64,000 bases of DNA from Fibrobacteria bacterium (GTDB lineage Bacteria; Fibrobacterota; Fibrobacteria; UBA11236; JADFYW01), in the NCBI GenBank assembly GCA_050294405.1, contig JBNKOC010000004.1, positions 96,001-160,000 of the forward strand. The letters are read 5' to 3'. A program made the translations under genes and the position numbers. Positions 52,035 to 62,139 of this stretch are shown here, one piece after another. The notes beneath the pieces were generated by a model that was given only the letters and a program-made list of their open reading frames with translations, did not search any database and was not told the origin of the DNA. The stretch's first letter is position 1. Every line of letters begins with the position of its first letter.

Positions 52035-53833
52035 AACACAACATCTACGCCATTTTATTGATCTCTTTTTTACTGGAAGCCTGTTTATTTTCCGGCGGTA
52101 AAACCGCAGGCACGGAAGATTTTCCCAATACAGTAAGCGCCACTGTTTTTTCTGGCATCGACGAATCTAAAGAATGGAAACAATTTGAAAACTTAAACAC
52201 CGAGTTGCCACAAAACAGTATTAAGGCCAGTGACGCTTCACCACTAGCAAAATCATCTAGCGCAGAAAGCAATCTATTAGCCGCTCCTCAAGAAATGCAA
52301 AACTCTTCTCCAAATTTTGCTTCAGCGGAAGATTTCATTGTAGATACCAGTTATTGGGTAGATGACGGAGAACAAATCATTCATGTTATTGAAAAATCCA
52401 ATTCAACCCACTATGCAGTTGACTCCATTTTTGCCTATGTCGGCAATTCCGGCGATAGCCTTATATCCCGCGTACATAGCGCCCAATACTCCAATTTGGG
52501 GAACTTACTTACATTAGAAACCCTAATAGAGGATTACGACGGCAACAACCATCTATCTCCCATTGAAGGCGAAGCCAACCAAGCCATTATTACAAGTATT
52601 AACTACAAGCTTTTGGGACAGGACATTGTGATAATGATAGCCGATGCGGGGGCTGATTTGGATTTCGGAGAAAACGAAAACAGCGCCACCGAAGACAACC
52701 TTATACTGGAAATAACCGGATTAAACATAAATGCAGACGGCGATACCCTTAAATTCTTCCAGCAAACGGACGCCGATGGAGATGGGTTTATCACCCCAAG
52801 TCCTGGCAGAGAAAATCGGGTGAACAACCAGGAAATTAAGCAGGATATAATTTTAAAAACAAAAACCCACAGCCAAATAACTGTGGATGCAGGAGAAGAT
52901 GATGATTTTGGTGAAAATGGCAACAGCGCCGAAGCAGACAACTTAATCATTCACTTTGAAGTTGCGGTAATCAATCAGCAGGGAGATACCATTAGCCATG
53001 TTTATACCAAAGATTTAGACGGAGACAATATTATTACCGCGATAGCAGGCAATGAAACCAATTCAGCCAGTTACCACAAAATATTGCAAAGCGCCAATCA
53101 GAGAATTGAGGAGACTGTAGAACTCACCGCTGGAAAAGACAATGATTTTGATTTGGAATTCGACAATCAAATAATAAGCTATTCCAAAATCTGGACAAAT
53201 GATCAGGATACTTTATTATATGCCCGTATTGCAGATGCAGATGGCGACGGTATAGCATTTGACTCTCTTTCCGATTCCTCTATTGTAGATGTATACCACT
53301 TAACCACGGGAATCCCACCTCGTAAAGAAACCAAAACCACTATGGTGGTATTTCCTGAAGATAGCACCAAAAACTATCCTATTTACGGAGAAGTTGTCTC
53401 CAGCTGGAATCCAAAAAAATACAAGACTCTTAAAATTTTTGGAAAATTGGAAAACGACCGAATCGACCTTAAAGACACTGTTTTTATTTCTGTGGAAACC
53501 GCACAAGACGATCCAAGTTTTACGCCATTTCAAAGCTCTCTATTTAAAGCTGGCTTAGGAGAAGATATATACTCAGATGAAGACAATGTTTTATACAGTT
53601 TTGAATTTCAGCGAGAAAACCCCAACCAGGAATTTCGGTCCGTGGAATTCTCTTTTATATCCGAAGAACCCATCCCAAACGGCGAAGAACCAAAAGTCGG
53701 CTCAGTGGAAGCCAGACTAGAAACAGGTCCAGATGAAAGTTATTCTTTTGTTGGACTGCTGGTAGATGGCGAACTTTCAGGACAATTAACTCTTCCTGAC
53801 GGCAGCATTAAAGACGTAAACTGGAAGCCCTAA
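52031..53833 (+). CDS. Acidic lipoprotein with DxDGDG repeats (three ~80-aa units)
   Basis: Lipobox LEAC, four DxDG[DN] motifs and C-terminal WKP. Overlaps the TIGR02147 stop (ATGA). Confidence 0.8.
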   Translation: MKHNIYAILLISFLLEACLFSGGKTAGTEDFPNTVSATVFSGIDESKEWKQFENLNTELPQNSIKASDASPLAKSSSAESNLLAAPQEMQNSSPNFASAEDFIVDTSYWVDDGEQIIHVIEKSNSTHYAVDSIFAYVGNSGDSLISRVHSAQYSNLGNLLTLETLIEDYDGNNHLSPIEGEANQAIITSINYKLLGQDIVIMIADAGADLDFGENENSATEDNLILEITGLNINADGDTLKFFQQTDADGDGFITPSPGRENRVNNQEIKQDIILKTKTHSQITVDAGEDDDFGENGNSAEADNLIIHFEVAVINQQGDTISHVYTKDLDGDNIITAIAGNETNSASYHKILQSANQRIEETVELTAGKDNDFDLEFDNQIISYSKIWTNDQDTLLYARIADADGDGIAFDSLSDSSIVDVYHLTTGIPPRKETKTTMVVFPEDSTKNYPIYGEVVSSWNPKKYKTLKIFGKLENDRIDLKDTVFISVETAQDDPSFTPFQSSLFKAGLGEDIYSDEDNVLYSFEFQRENPNQEFRSVEFSFISEEPIPNGEEPKVGSVEARLETGPDESYSFVGLLVDGELSGQLTLPDGSIKDVNWKP

Positions 53834-53983
53834 AAAAAACTTTTGTACTAAAGAAGTGCTTTTTAAAGCGTTTCTTTTTGTTTTTAACGTATTTTTGTAA
53901 TCATTTTAAATATGTTTTTATTTTATTTTAAACCCAATAAACCAATTAATATTATTATTAAGCGAATTTTTAACGGTTTTAGT

Positions 53984-54005
53984 GTAATCATTTTAATAAA
54001 ATTAC
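53984..54005. promoter_or_regulatory. Putative operator dyad GTAAT-N12-ATTAC upstream of the second lipoprotein
   Basis: Perfect dyad, about 60 bp upstream of the ATG. Confidence 0.4.
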
Positions 54006-54065
54006 TTTTCATTTTCCAAAAACAAGGGTACATTAGAATTATCACTAATCAAGGAGCCCTATCAA

Positions 54066-55391
54066 ATGAAACATCTAATCAAAAGCATCTCACTAATAGG
54101 CTGGGCATCCACCTTAATGTTCCTGGCCTGCGTAAACAATGTATCTGAAGAAGACAACCATATTCAAAACAGCGAAGTTACTGCCGAAAGTTCGGTGGAA
54201 ACCATGTTAACAGATGGGTTTAACCAATCCACCCAACTCGAGCAACCCTTCCCCAGCATTGAGGGCGCACCCAGTCTCTCCAATCAAAATTTCCCCTTGG
54301 GAAAAAAATCAGCCTTAGGCAAGTCCGCCGCTGCAGAAGAAGAAATTTCCATAGACTCCAATAACATAGAAGAAGGCTATGCCATTGTGGTTATGAAGAC
54401 CGCCACAGCAGCCTATGAAAAAACAGATAGTATATGGGTGGTGTGGGATGAATTTGCCCAGGATGAAATTGAAGATAATGAAAATATCCAGAAATTTTAC
54501 AGCGGTACCTTTTACGCTGCTGGCAAGTCCGAAGAAATGTGGATCAGCGATGCCGATGGAGATGGCATTGCAAACGGCCAAAGCCAGTATGCTAAAAAGG
54601 TTGAATTAACCTTTAGCAACAGGAGTATTTTGGGAGTAGTAGAAAAGTCCACCATGACTGTGGACGCGGGTCCCGACGCAAACTTTGACAGCGAAGAAGA
54701 TAATAAAATCATATCTATGGAATGGGAGAAAAGCCTGGAGGGCGAAACACTGGCCTACGCCCATTTTTCAGACGAAGATGGCGACGGTATGTTAGTGGAT
54801 AAAAGCTTTGCGACTAATTCTGTTGTAAAAGTTGAAATGTACGAAAGTTCCAATCCCCTTAAACCTCTGGTTGATTGGAGCAAGCTAAATTTAACAGTGG
54901 AAATGAGTGCGGAAAATGAAGAAGGAGAACTCATATCTATTTCTGGAGAAGAAAAATTCAAAAATGGAATCCACAACAAAATAGTAGCCCTTAGCAACGA
55001 CGGAAAAGAAAATATCAAGGAAGCGCAAATTGTTATTGTAAAACTAACATCAGACAACCCCATTGAACAAGATTCCAGCCTGCATTCCGAAGCCGTATTT
55101 GTAATTGACGTGGGCGCAGGGTTTTCCAACGAATCAGACAACAGTGTTTTGGAAATACATTTGGAAAGAGAAAGAAAATTTGGGCTGATTAAATCAGAAG
55201 AGTTCCATTTTGTATCTCAAGACCCGGTTATGGAAGGAGAGGAGCCTACTTCAGGAACAATCGAAATTTTGGTAAACTTTAAAGACGGCAAATCAGCCAG
55301 CCTGGTTGGCTCTTTTGAAGAAGGACATGTGGAAGGAACCCTTACTGGCCCGGAAGGAAACACTGTTAGCTTTAGCTGGACAAAACCCTAG
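54066..55391 (+). CDS. Paralogous acidic lipoprotein (one repeat unit)
   Basis: AAGGAG RBS, lipobox FLAC, DADGDG..DAGPDANFD..DNKI..DEDGDG and C-terminal WTKP. Confidence 0.8.
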   Translation: MKHLIKSISLIGWASTLMFLACVNNVSEEDNHIQNSEVTAESSVETMLTDGFNQSTQLEQPFPSIEGAPSLSNQNFPLGKKSALGKSAAAEEEISIDSNNIEEGYAIVVMKTATAAYEKTDSIWVVWDEFAQDEIEDNENIQKFYSGTFYAAGKSEEMWISDADGDGIANGQSQYAKKVELTFSNRSILGVVEKSTMTVDAGPDANFDSEEDNKIISMEWEKSLEGETLAYAHFSDEDGDGMLVDKSFATNSVVKVEMYESSNPLKPLVDWSKLNLTVEMSAENEEGELISISGEEKFKNGIHNKIVALSNDGKENIKEAQIVIVKLTSDNPIEQDSSLHSEAVFVIDVGAGFSNESDNSVLEIHLERERKFGLIKSEEFHFVSQDPVMEGEEPTSGTIEILVNFKDGKSASLVGSFEEGHVEGTLTGPEGNTVSFSWTKP

Positions 55392-55410
55392 CTATACCTG
55401 AAAGCTTTTT

Positions 55411-55447
55411 TAAAACCCGTCTCTTAATGGCGGGTTTTATTTTTTTG
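55411..55447. terminator. Probable bidirectional terminator between convergent genes
   Basis: TAAAACCCG..CGGGTTTTA stem followed by a T run on the plus strand. Confidence 0.6.
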
Positions 55448-56413
55448 GGGAATGTTTATATAAGGCACTTCAATTACCGTGTCTTTGGAATCGCTCCAGC
55501 GACAAACCCTGTTTCGGCCCAACTCTTTGGAGTAATACATAGCCTTATCGGCCCTATCCAAAGCCTGAGAAGAACTATTGGAAGAAGAAATAGAAGCCGC
55601 CCCCGCGGAAACTGTTATTTTAAAATTGTTTTTAAGAAAACGAAAACTTGTGCCTTCTATAGTTTTACGAATTTTGTGGGCTAATACCGCCGCCTCTGGA
55701 GAACTGGAATACGGAGTGATAATTATGAACTCCTCGCCCCCATAACGAAATACAATATCCGATTTTTTTACCTGTTTTTTAATAATACGGCCAATGGATT
55801 TTAATATGTAATCCCCCGCTTCGTGGGAATAATTGTCATTGATTTTTTTAAAATGATCGATATCCAAAAAAATCAAACTGGAACGAATTCCATAACGCCC
55901 TACTTTGCTGTACTCTTTTTTGATACGCTTGTTTAAATAGCGTTTGTTATACACCCCTGTAAGGGAATCCATGTATATTTCTCGCCTTAGGCTTTTATTT
56001 TCTTCCAAACTTTCAATAACAAGGTTTCTGGAATACACCAACATTTGGCGCAATGTTAGTATTCCCAGCAACTTGCCGCGCTCCACCACCGGAATTTGCT
56101 TAAAACCATAGCGGTTTAAAACGGTAAAGGCTTCAGAAAATTTCGCCTGGGAATTTATAGTCACAAGCTGGCCTTTTATAATTTCCTTAATAAGGGTTTT
56201 TTTCTTAAAGGCATTTCCATTTACTCCCAGCAAAACAAAATCCCTGTCCGTCAAAATCCCGACAGGTTTCGCTCCGTTCATAACCACCAAACATGATTCT
56301 TTGTATTCGATCATCATGGCGGCGGCAGTTTGTATAGGCTCATTTTGGGAAATGGTAACCACATGGTCCGTCATTATTTCCCGAATGGGCCTTTTGGATA
56401 AAGAGCTAATCAT
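55424..56413 (-). CDS. CBS-pair + GGDEF diguanylate cyclase
   Basis: Two CBS domains (GILTDRD, GILT), then DSLTG, DIDHFK.IND and RYGGEEF. Confidence 0.92.
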   Translation of the reverse strand: MISSLSKRPIREIMTDHVVTISQNEPIQTAAAMMIEYKESCLVVMNGAKPVGILTDRDFVLLGVNGNAFKKKTLIKEIIKGQLVTINSQAKFSEAFTVLNRYGFKQIPVVERGKLLGILTLRQMLVYSRNLVIESLEENKSLRREIYMDSLTGVYNKRYLNKRIKKEYSKVGRYGIRSSLIFLDIDHFKKINDNYSHEAGDYILKSIGRIIKKQVKKSDIVFRYGGEEFIIITPYSSSPEAAVLAHKIRKTIEGTSFRFLKNNFKITVSAGAASISSSNSSSQALDRADKAMYYSKELGRNRVCRWSDSKDTVIEVPYINIPQKNKTRH

Positions 56414-56486
56414 TTTCGGTGGATAAATATAATAGGAAATCCCCGAAATTCAGCTGAATTAATAGGAAAATTAGTCCACAATTTCG

Positions 56487-58064
56487 TTAAATTTGAGGGC
56501 CCGCATGGCTAAAATCCAAGTTGGGCTCCGCGTATTTCTTGTAATTTTCCTTAAACATCTCAGCTAATTTTTGGGCAGCTTCATTGTATTTTTTGGCAGA
56601 GTCCCAGCTGTGGGCCGGATTTAAAATACGGCTACCCACCTCTTTTATCTGTATGGGGATATTAAGCCCAAAAACTGGCTCAGCCTCAAATTCAGCTAGT
56701 TCCAGTTCGCCATCTAAAATGGAGCTTATAATTTGACGTGTTATACTTAGCTTCATGCGCTTGCCAAGCCCATAGCCTCCTCCAGACCATCCCGTATTTA
56801 CCAACCAGGCCTTGGCCTGGTGCTTTTCCAATTTTTCCCCTAAAAGCCGGGCGTAATCATGGGGGTGAAGAGTCAAAAAAGGACCACCAAAACAAGGGGA
56901 AAAAGTAGCCTGGGGCTCTGTGATTCCTCTCTCTGTTCCAGCCACTTTCGCGGTATAACCGGAAATAAAATGGTACATTGCCTGGTCCTGGGAAAGCCTG
57001 GCCACAGGAGGCAATACTCCAAAAGCATCGCAGGTTAAAAAGATAACATGATTGGGGTGAGTGGCTTTGGAAACTGGGCGCACAATATTGTCAATGTGGT
57101 ATAAAGGGTAGCTCACTCTTCCGTTTTCCGTTTTGGAAGTGTCGTGGTAATCCACAGCCCCGTCGGAAAGAACTTTTACATTTTCCAACAGGGCATCTTT
57201 GCGGATAGCCCGATAAATATCAGGTTCTCTTTCCTCAATGAGATCGATGGTTTTCGCATAGCAACCTCCTTCAAGATTAAAGATCCCCTCGTCGTCCCAA
57301 CCATGTTCATCGTCTCCAATAAGCTTTCTATGGGGGTCTGTGGACAAAGTGGTTTTCCCTGTGCCTGACAAACCAAAAAACAGAGCGCTGTCCCCGTTTT
57401 TCCCGCAATTGGCCGAACAATGCATGGATAAAATTCCCTTTAGGGGAAGGTGGTAATTCATTATGGAAAAAATCCCTTTTTTCATTTCTCCACCATAAGT
57501 TGTACCCCCAATAATGGCCAATTTTTTTTCCAAATTAAACATCACAAATACTTCGGAGTTTAATCCATGTTCTTCCCAATTTGGGTTGGTTACAGAGCTG
57601 GCGTTAATAATGGTGAAATCCGGATCAAAATCCTCCAGTTGGCTGGCTTCCGGGCGGATAAACATGTTTTTACAAAAGTGAGATTGCCAGGCTATTTCGC
57701 TGACTATTCGAACCTTTAATCTGGTTTTAGGATTCGCTCCACAAAATCCGTCAGTTACATATAAATTTCTTCCTTCCATATGATTACACACCAATTCATG
57801 TAACTCTTCAAAAATTTCAGGGCTAACTGCTTTGTTAACATTTCCCCACCAAATATTTTTCTCAGAAGGCGCTTGGCGAACAATGTATTTATCTTTGGGC
57901 GAACGCCCCGTAAATTTTCCTGTGTCAATGGCAAGAGCTCCCGATTTGGTTGCAACAGCCTCTGCATTTTCTATTTCATGTTTATATAAATCCTCGTAGG
58001 ATAAATTGTAAAACAATTCCCCGGTAGAATTTATCCCGCTTAATAATTCAGATGTTGTGAACAT
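56487..58064 (-). CDS. pckA: Phosphoenolpyruvate carboxykinase (ATP)
   Basis: [25 protein letters not shown] and LIGDDEHGW motifs. Confidence 0.98.
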   Translation of the reverse strand: MFTTSELLSGINSTGELFYNLSYEDLYKHEIENAEAVATKSGALAIDTGKFTGRSPKDKYIVRQAPSEKNIWWGNVNKAVSPEIFEELHELVCNHMEGRNLYVTDGFCGANPKTRLKVRIVSEIAWQSHFCKNMFIRPEASQLEDFDPDFTIINASSVTNPNWEEHGLNSEVFVMFNLEKKLAIIGGTTYGGEMKKGIFSIMNYHLPLKGILSMHCSANCGKNGDSALFFGLSGTGKTTLSTDPHRKLIGDDEHGWDDEGIFNLEGGCYAKTIDLIEEREPDIYRAIRKDALLENVKVLSDGAVDYHDTSKTENGRVSYPLYHIDNIVRPVSKATHPNHVIFLTCDAFGVLPPVARLSQDQAMYHFISGYTAKVAGTERGITEPQATFSPCFGGPFLTLHPHDYARLLGEKLEKHQAKAWLVNTGWSGGGYGLGKRMKLSITRQIISSILDGELELAEFEAEPVFGLNIPIQIKEVGSRILNPAHSWDSAKKYNEAAQKLAEMFKENYKKYAEPNLDFSHAGPQI

Positions 58065-58072
58065 GTCCTCTC

Positions 58073-58366
58073 CTATTCAATTTTTGGAGCCCTATTAAGG
58101 CCCGCCTTTTTTACTCGTAACTTCCAATACACAAGCACAATGACAACATCTAAAACAGCCGACAACAAAAAAGCCAATATTGCCTGAATTTGGAACCAAT
58201 TTTCCGTAAACACATAGGCGCCCAAATTAGCCGCAGCGAAGAGCAGCCAGGAAACCCAGCTAACCCCTTCAATCTTTTTCTCCTTCAAAATTTGCAACAA
58301 TTGAAGCAGAGTAGATCCCGGTAAAATGACAGCAGGTACCCAACCTGCCATTTCGCTAATGGTCAT
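58073..58366 (-). CDS. Small PQ-loop/SemiSWEET-like membrane protein
   Basis: 3 TM helices and [17 protein letters not shown] motif (PQ replaced by LQ). Confidence 0.65.
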   Translation of the reverse strand: MTISEMAGWVPAVILPGSTLLQLLQILKEKKIEGVSWVSWLLFAAANLGAYVFTENWFQIQAILAFLLSAVLDVVIVLVYWKLRVKKAGLNRAPKIE

Positions 58367-58464
58367 AGAAAATCCTATCTCTTATCAATATAGTATGTTG
58401 AGATGTATTTTTTACAGGCAATAGCTGTCAAATTGACTTTAAGCCCAAAAGCGGGGGCGCCAGT

Positions 58465-59328
58465 TTAAATTATTTTGGGCGCTTCGTTAAATCGCAATTT
58501 CAACGTTTGAGATAAAAGCGATTTAAAAAAGATTTCCTGTTTGCTTTGCCCAGACAGTTTATAGGCATGAACCAGGTTTCTAAGTAAACGGGTAATAATA
58601 ACATTCACCGGAGCGGTGTTGTAGAAAAGGGTGTGGTATTTTTCAAATTGAAAGAGTTTGATATTTGGCAAATCCAACTCCGAAATAACCTTTCCCTCAT
58701 TAAAACAGTCAATAAAATAGGTATCGCCTTTGTAAACAGTGCGGGTAATAAAGTGTCCGGGGATATTGCAGCCATATATTTCCATTCCCAAACGTCGGCC
58801 AACCAGCATAAACAAGCAACTTAAAGAAATGGGAATTCCCAATTTTTCCTGAATAACATATCCCATATTACTGTTTCGGGGGTTGTAGAAATCATTGGAA
58901 TTTCCGGTATAGCCCATATCTTTAAACAAAAATTCGTTCAATTCCAAAGGATCGCTGTTTGCGCTTAGAGCCCTGAATTTTCGGGCTAAATTATCCAGCT
59001 CTCCCTCAATTCCACCGGGAATTAAATAATCATTTTGATATTCGCAAATGGCATTTAGCGAAGCTTCTAACCTTTTATTTTCCGGCAAGTCCGCAAATAT
59101 AGATTTCCAGTTTGTTTTTATTTTTGCTGCGGTAAACTCGTGTTCAATTCCAGTTAAAATTTTTTCCTGGTTATGGGACAATAATAATGTTTGCTCTTTT
59201 ATTTTTTCTCTTAGACTCAAGCCGTATTTTTTTAACTCCCTTGTTACATGTAACTTAACCACAGGAGAATCATCGTCCATTAGTTTTATTAGGAAAGGAA
59301 GGTCTAATTTTGATTTTTGCTTTTCCAT
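58465..59328 (-). CDS. SirB1/transglutaminase-like (Transglut_core2) protein
   Basis: YTGN..FYNPRNS, GIPISLS, IPGHF, IDCFN.G and RLLRNL motifs. Confidence 0.85.
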   Translation of the reverse strand: MEKQKSKLDLPFLIKLMDDDSPVVKLHVTRELKKYGLSLREKIKEQTLLLSHNQEKILTGIEHEFTAAKIKTNWKSIFADLPENKRLEASLNAICEYQNDYLIPGGIEGELDNLARKFRALSANSDPLELNEFLFKDMGYTGNSNDFYNPRNSNMGYVIQEKLGIPISLSCLFMLVGRRLGMEIYGCNIPGHFITRTVYKGDTYFIDCFNEGKVISELDLPNIKLFQFEKYHTLFYNTAPVNVIITRLLRNLVHAYKLSGQSKQEIFFKSLLSQTLKLRFNEAPKII

Positions 59329-59388
59329 AACTTCCAGGCTTTATTCTTATATAAAAATAGATTTTGCTTCTTCGAATAAAAAAGTTTT

Positions 59389-59772
59389 TTATGTAATATT
59401 TGTATTTGGTTTTAGTTTATATACAGTAAACCATACATCCTTTCCAAAAAAGCTCAACTCCCACAAAGCGCCAATTAGGGAAACTTTAGATTCTTGAACT
59501 TCAACCTTCTCAATAGGCCAACCCGGAAGAGTTTCAAAACCCACCTCTCCGGCTTCCCAATTCCAGTTTTCCACAGCCTTGGCCTCCATTAAATAGCTAC
59601 CCTGATTTAATCCATCTTTGAGAAAAAATTCAAAAATAAGGCTGTCACCATTTTTAGCAGGGGTTGCCGATTTTTTACCAAAATAAGCTTTTTTAAGAAT
59701 ATTGGAAAGCTGCGCCAAATTTTTGTCCTTAAAATGGTACACCATAGCCAGGTCATCTTTTGGAATTTTCAT
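59389..59772 (-). CDS. Hypothetical protein
   Basis: Fills the intergenic gap. Probable start is ATG 59772; the ORF track starts at 59841. Confidence 0.5.
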   Translation of the reverse strand: MKIPKDDLAMVYHFKDKNLAQLSNILKKAYFGKKSATPAKNGDSLIFEFFLKDGLNQGSYLMEAKAVENWNWEAGEVGFETLPGWPIEKVEVQESKVSLIGALWELSFFGKDVWFTVYKLKPNTNIT

Positions 59773-59901
59773 TAGGCTAAATATAAACTCCGAAAAAATA
59801 TTTTTGAGTTTTTTAATGAAAATTACAGAATTACCCGCCAAATGGTGGTAAAATATCCTTGTTTTTAATTTTAGAATTAGCGTTCATTAAAAAATAATAA
59901 A

Positions 59902-62139
59902 ATGGATTTATTTAGAAGTAACTTAAAATTTTCTTCCTTTAAAAAGAGCAATGTCAGTTCTAATTCGAACATGGCAATCCCAAGGAAAGAAATCCAGCCT
60001 GCTAACATTGCAAACTATACAAATGTCGCCCAACCTATTTCTAGCATAGACCAATACCCAAACACCTACCCCATCCTTCCCGAGTCGGAAGCTGAAGGGG
60101 ATTTTAGCATAAAAGAATACATTGGCATAATTTTACATCGCAAATACACGATGTTAGTAACTATTTTGCTTTTTCTTTTCGCGGGTTTCTTCACCCGCTT
60201 TGATTTCAAACCAGAATATATCAACAGTTCTAAAATCCGAATTCTGGAAATGAAGCCCACAGAAAACCCTCTCGAAAAAACCGTAAAACCATCTTCCAAC
60301 CTATTAACTCCCCATTTAGATAACTTAAAGTCCACACCTTTTTTAACCAGTGTACTGCCCCTTTTAGACACCAATATTTCAGTATTGCATCTAAAAAATA
60401 TCTTTCGGGTTAAAGCAGATGAAAATTCAAAAACTATTGAAATATTTGTGCAAAGCAAAAACCCTGATTTTTCGGAAAAATTGGTATCCATTTTAGCCGC
60501 CGCCTATCAGGAATATGACTTATCCATTAAGCAAAATAGCCTTAGGGATTATGAAAATTGGCTAGAAGAAGAATTGGCCAAAAAAGAGCTGGAACTCAAC
60601 GCTATTGATATTAATATTAAGAACTTTTTGGAAGCCAATCCTACTTTTTACAAAGATGGCAAAGCGGAAATTGACCAGGCTCAAAATCAAATAGACCTAA
60701 TCAATTTACAGCTGACGGAAATTGAAAAGGAAATCCAGCTGATTGGAAATGAGTTCGCTGCTACCGACTCCCAAATTTTAAGTGAAATAACTTACGACAA
60801 GCCTCTGCAAAAAGAGCTTTTAAATTTAAAATTGGAGCGTGCCAAGTTATTGTCCGTATATGGGCAAAATCACCGTTCCATCCATCAAATTGATGATAAA
60901 ATGCTATCCATCGCCAAACTCATTGAGGAACAGGCAGACAGCGAATCCAACACTTCTATTTTCATCAGCAACCCCCGGTATTATGAAATACGTGATAAAC
61001 ATCAGCAGCTTAAAACCAAAAGAACTCTATTATTAACGCGAAAAAATGAAATAGAAGGTAAATTAGCAAGTTCTTCCGCTATGTTATCCGCAGCGCCCGA
61101 AATTGATATGCAGTTTGAACGGCTTAACCGAACCAAGGCCATGTCTGTTCAGGCCTTTACAACACTTAAAAACAAACTGCAAGAAACCCAAATGATGAAA
61201 TCCTCCATGCCAAAGGAAGTATTTGTCATGGAAAAAACAAACGGGCCCAGCAAGCGTATTCCCAAAAATCATATTGGACTTTGGCAATCCTTGGGACTTG
61301 GTTTTGCCATTGGATTCATTCTTTGTTTGCTTATGGAAAAGCTCGATGGAACTATCCGAAAATCCATGGAGGTCAAATCGAAATTTGGAATCAACTTGCT
61401 TTCCATTATCCCGCACAGCCCGGAAAACAGAATACGGAATTTTGTAAAAGGCCAGCTCGTGTTAGGTGAGTCGGACTTGGAACCCTTTAGAAGGTTAACT
61501 GCAAACATCAATATAAAATCAGGCGTTGCCGTTGCACATCAACCCAGCACCCTTGTGACCAGTGCCTTACAAGGAGAAGGCAAAACCACCACTGCCGCCT
61601 ATCTGGCCATAACAGCTGCTATGAAAGGCGAAAAAGTATTGTTAATTGATGCGGACTTAAGGAGAAGCAGTATTCACAATTTATTTAACCTGGAAAACAA
61701 ATCCGGCCTTTCTGAGTACCTCTTGGGTTTTGATGAGTATCACGACTGTATTCAAAAATCAAATACGCCAAATCTTTTTGTAATGCCAGCCGGGCAGGAA
61801 AAATTAAGCCTTACCAAAAGTGTTTCCCAACTTAAGTTCCAGGATTTATTGCAAAAATCTTACAGAGAGTTTGATTCCGTGATAATCGACTCCCCTCCTA
61901 CCCTTAAAGTTTCCGACTCCCTAATAATTGCCCCTATGGTATCCCAGGTTTTAATTGTTTTTCGAAGCGAAAAAACACCTTTTAAAGCCGGAGAAGAATT
62001 AATGCGCCAGCTGCAATACATCAATGCGAATGTGGCCGGATGTATATTAAACGATGTGTCTAAAGCCTTTTTTGATAGATACTATTACGACTATTATAAT
62101 TACGGCTACTACGACTACCACTACGAAGCCAAAAGCTAG
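59902..62139 (+). CDS. wzc: Polysaccharide co-polymerase / BY-kinase (Wzc-like)
   Basis: Two TM helices flanking a coiled coil, GEGKTT, IDADLR, IIDSPP and a C-terminal Tyr cluster. Confidence 0.9.
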   Translation: MDLFRSNLKFSSFKKSNVSSNSNMAIPRKEIQPANIANYTNVAQPISSIDQYPNTYPILPESEAEGDFSIKEYIGIILHRKYTMLVTILLFLFAGFFTRFDFKPEYINSSKIRILEMKPTENPLEKTVKPSSNLLTPHLDNLKSTPFLTSVLPLLDTNISVLHLKNIFRVKADENSKTIEIFVQSKNPDFSEKLVSILAAAYQEYDLSIKQNSLRDYENWLEEELAKKELELNAIDINIKNFLEANPTFYKDGKAEIDQAQNQIDLINLQLTEIEKEIQLIGNEFAATDSQILSEITYDKPLQKELLNLKLERAKLLSVYGQNHRSIHQIDDKMLSIAKLIEEQADSESNTSIFISNPRYYEIRDKHQQLKTKRTLLLTRKNEIEGKLASSSAMLSAAPEIDMQFERLNRTKAMSVQAFTTLKNKLQETQMMKSSMPKEVFVMEKTNGPSKRIPKNHIGLWQSLGLGFAIGFILCLLMEKLDGTIRKSMEVKSKFGINLLSIIPHSPENRIRNFVKGQLVLGESDLEPFRRLTANINIKSGVAVAHQPSTLVTSALQGEGKTTTAAYLAITAAMKGEKVLLIDADLRRSSIHNLFNLENKSGLSEYLLGFDEYHDCIQKSNTPNLFVMPAGQEKLSLTKSVSQLKFQDLLQKSYREFDSVIIDSPPTLKVSDSLIIAPMVSQVLIVFRSEKTPFKAGEELMRQLQYINANVAGCILNDVSKAFFDRYYYDYYNYGYYDYHYEAKS

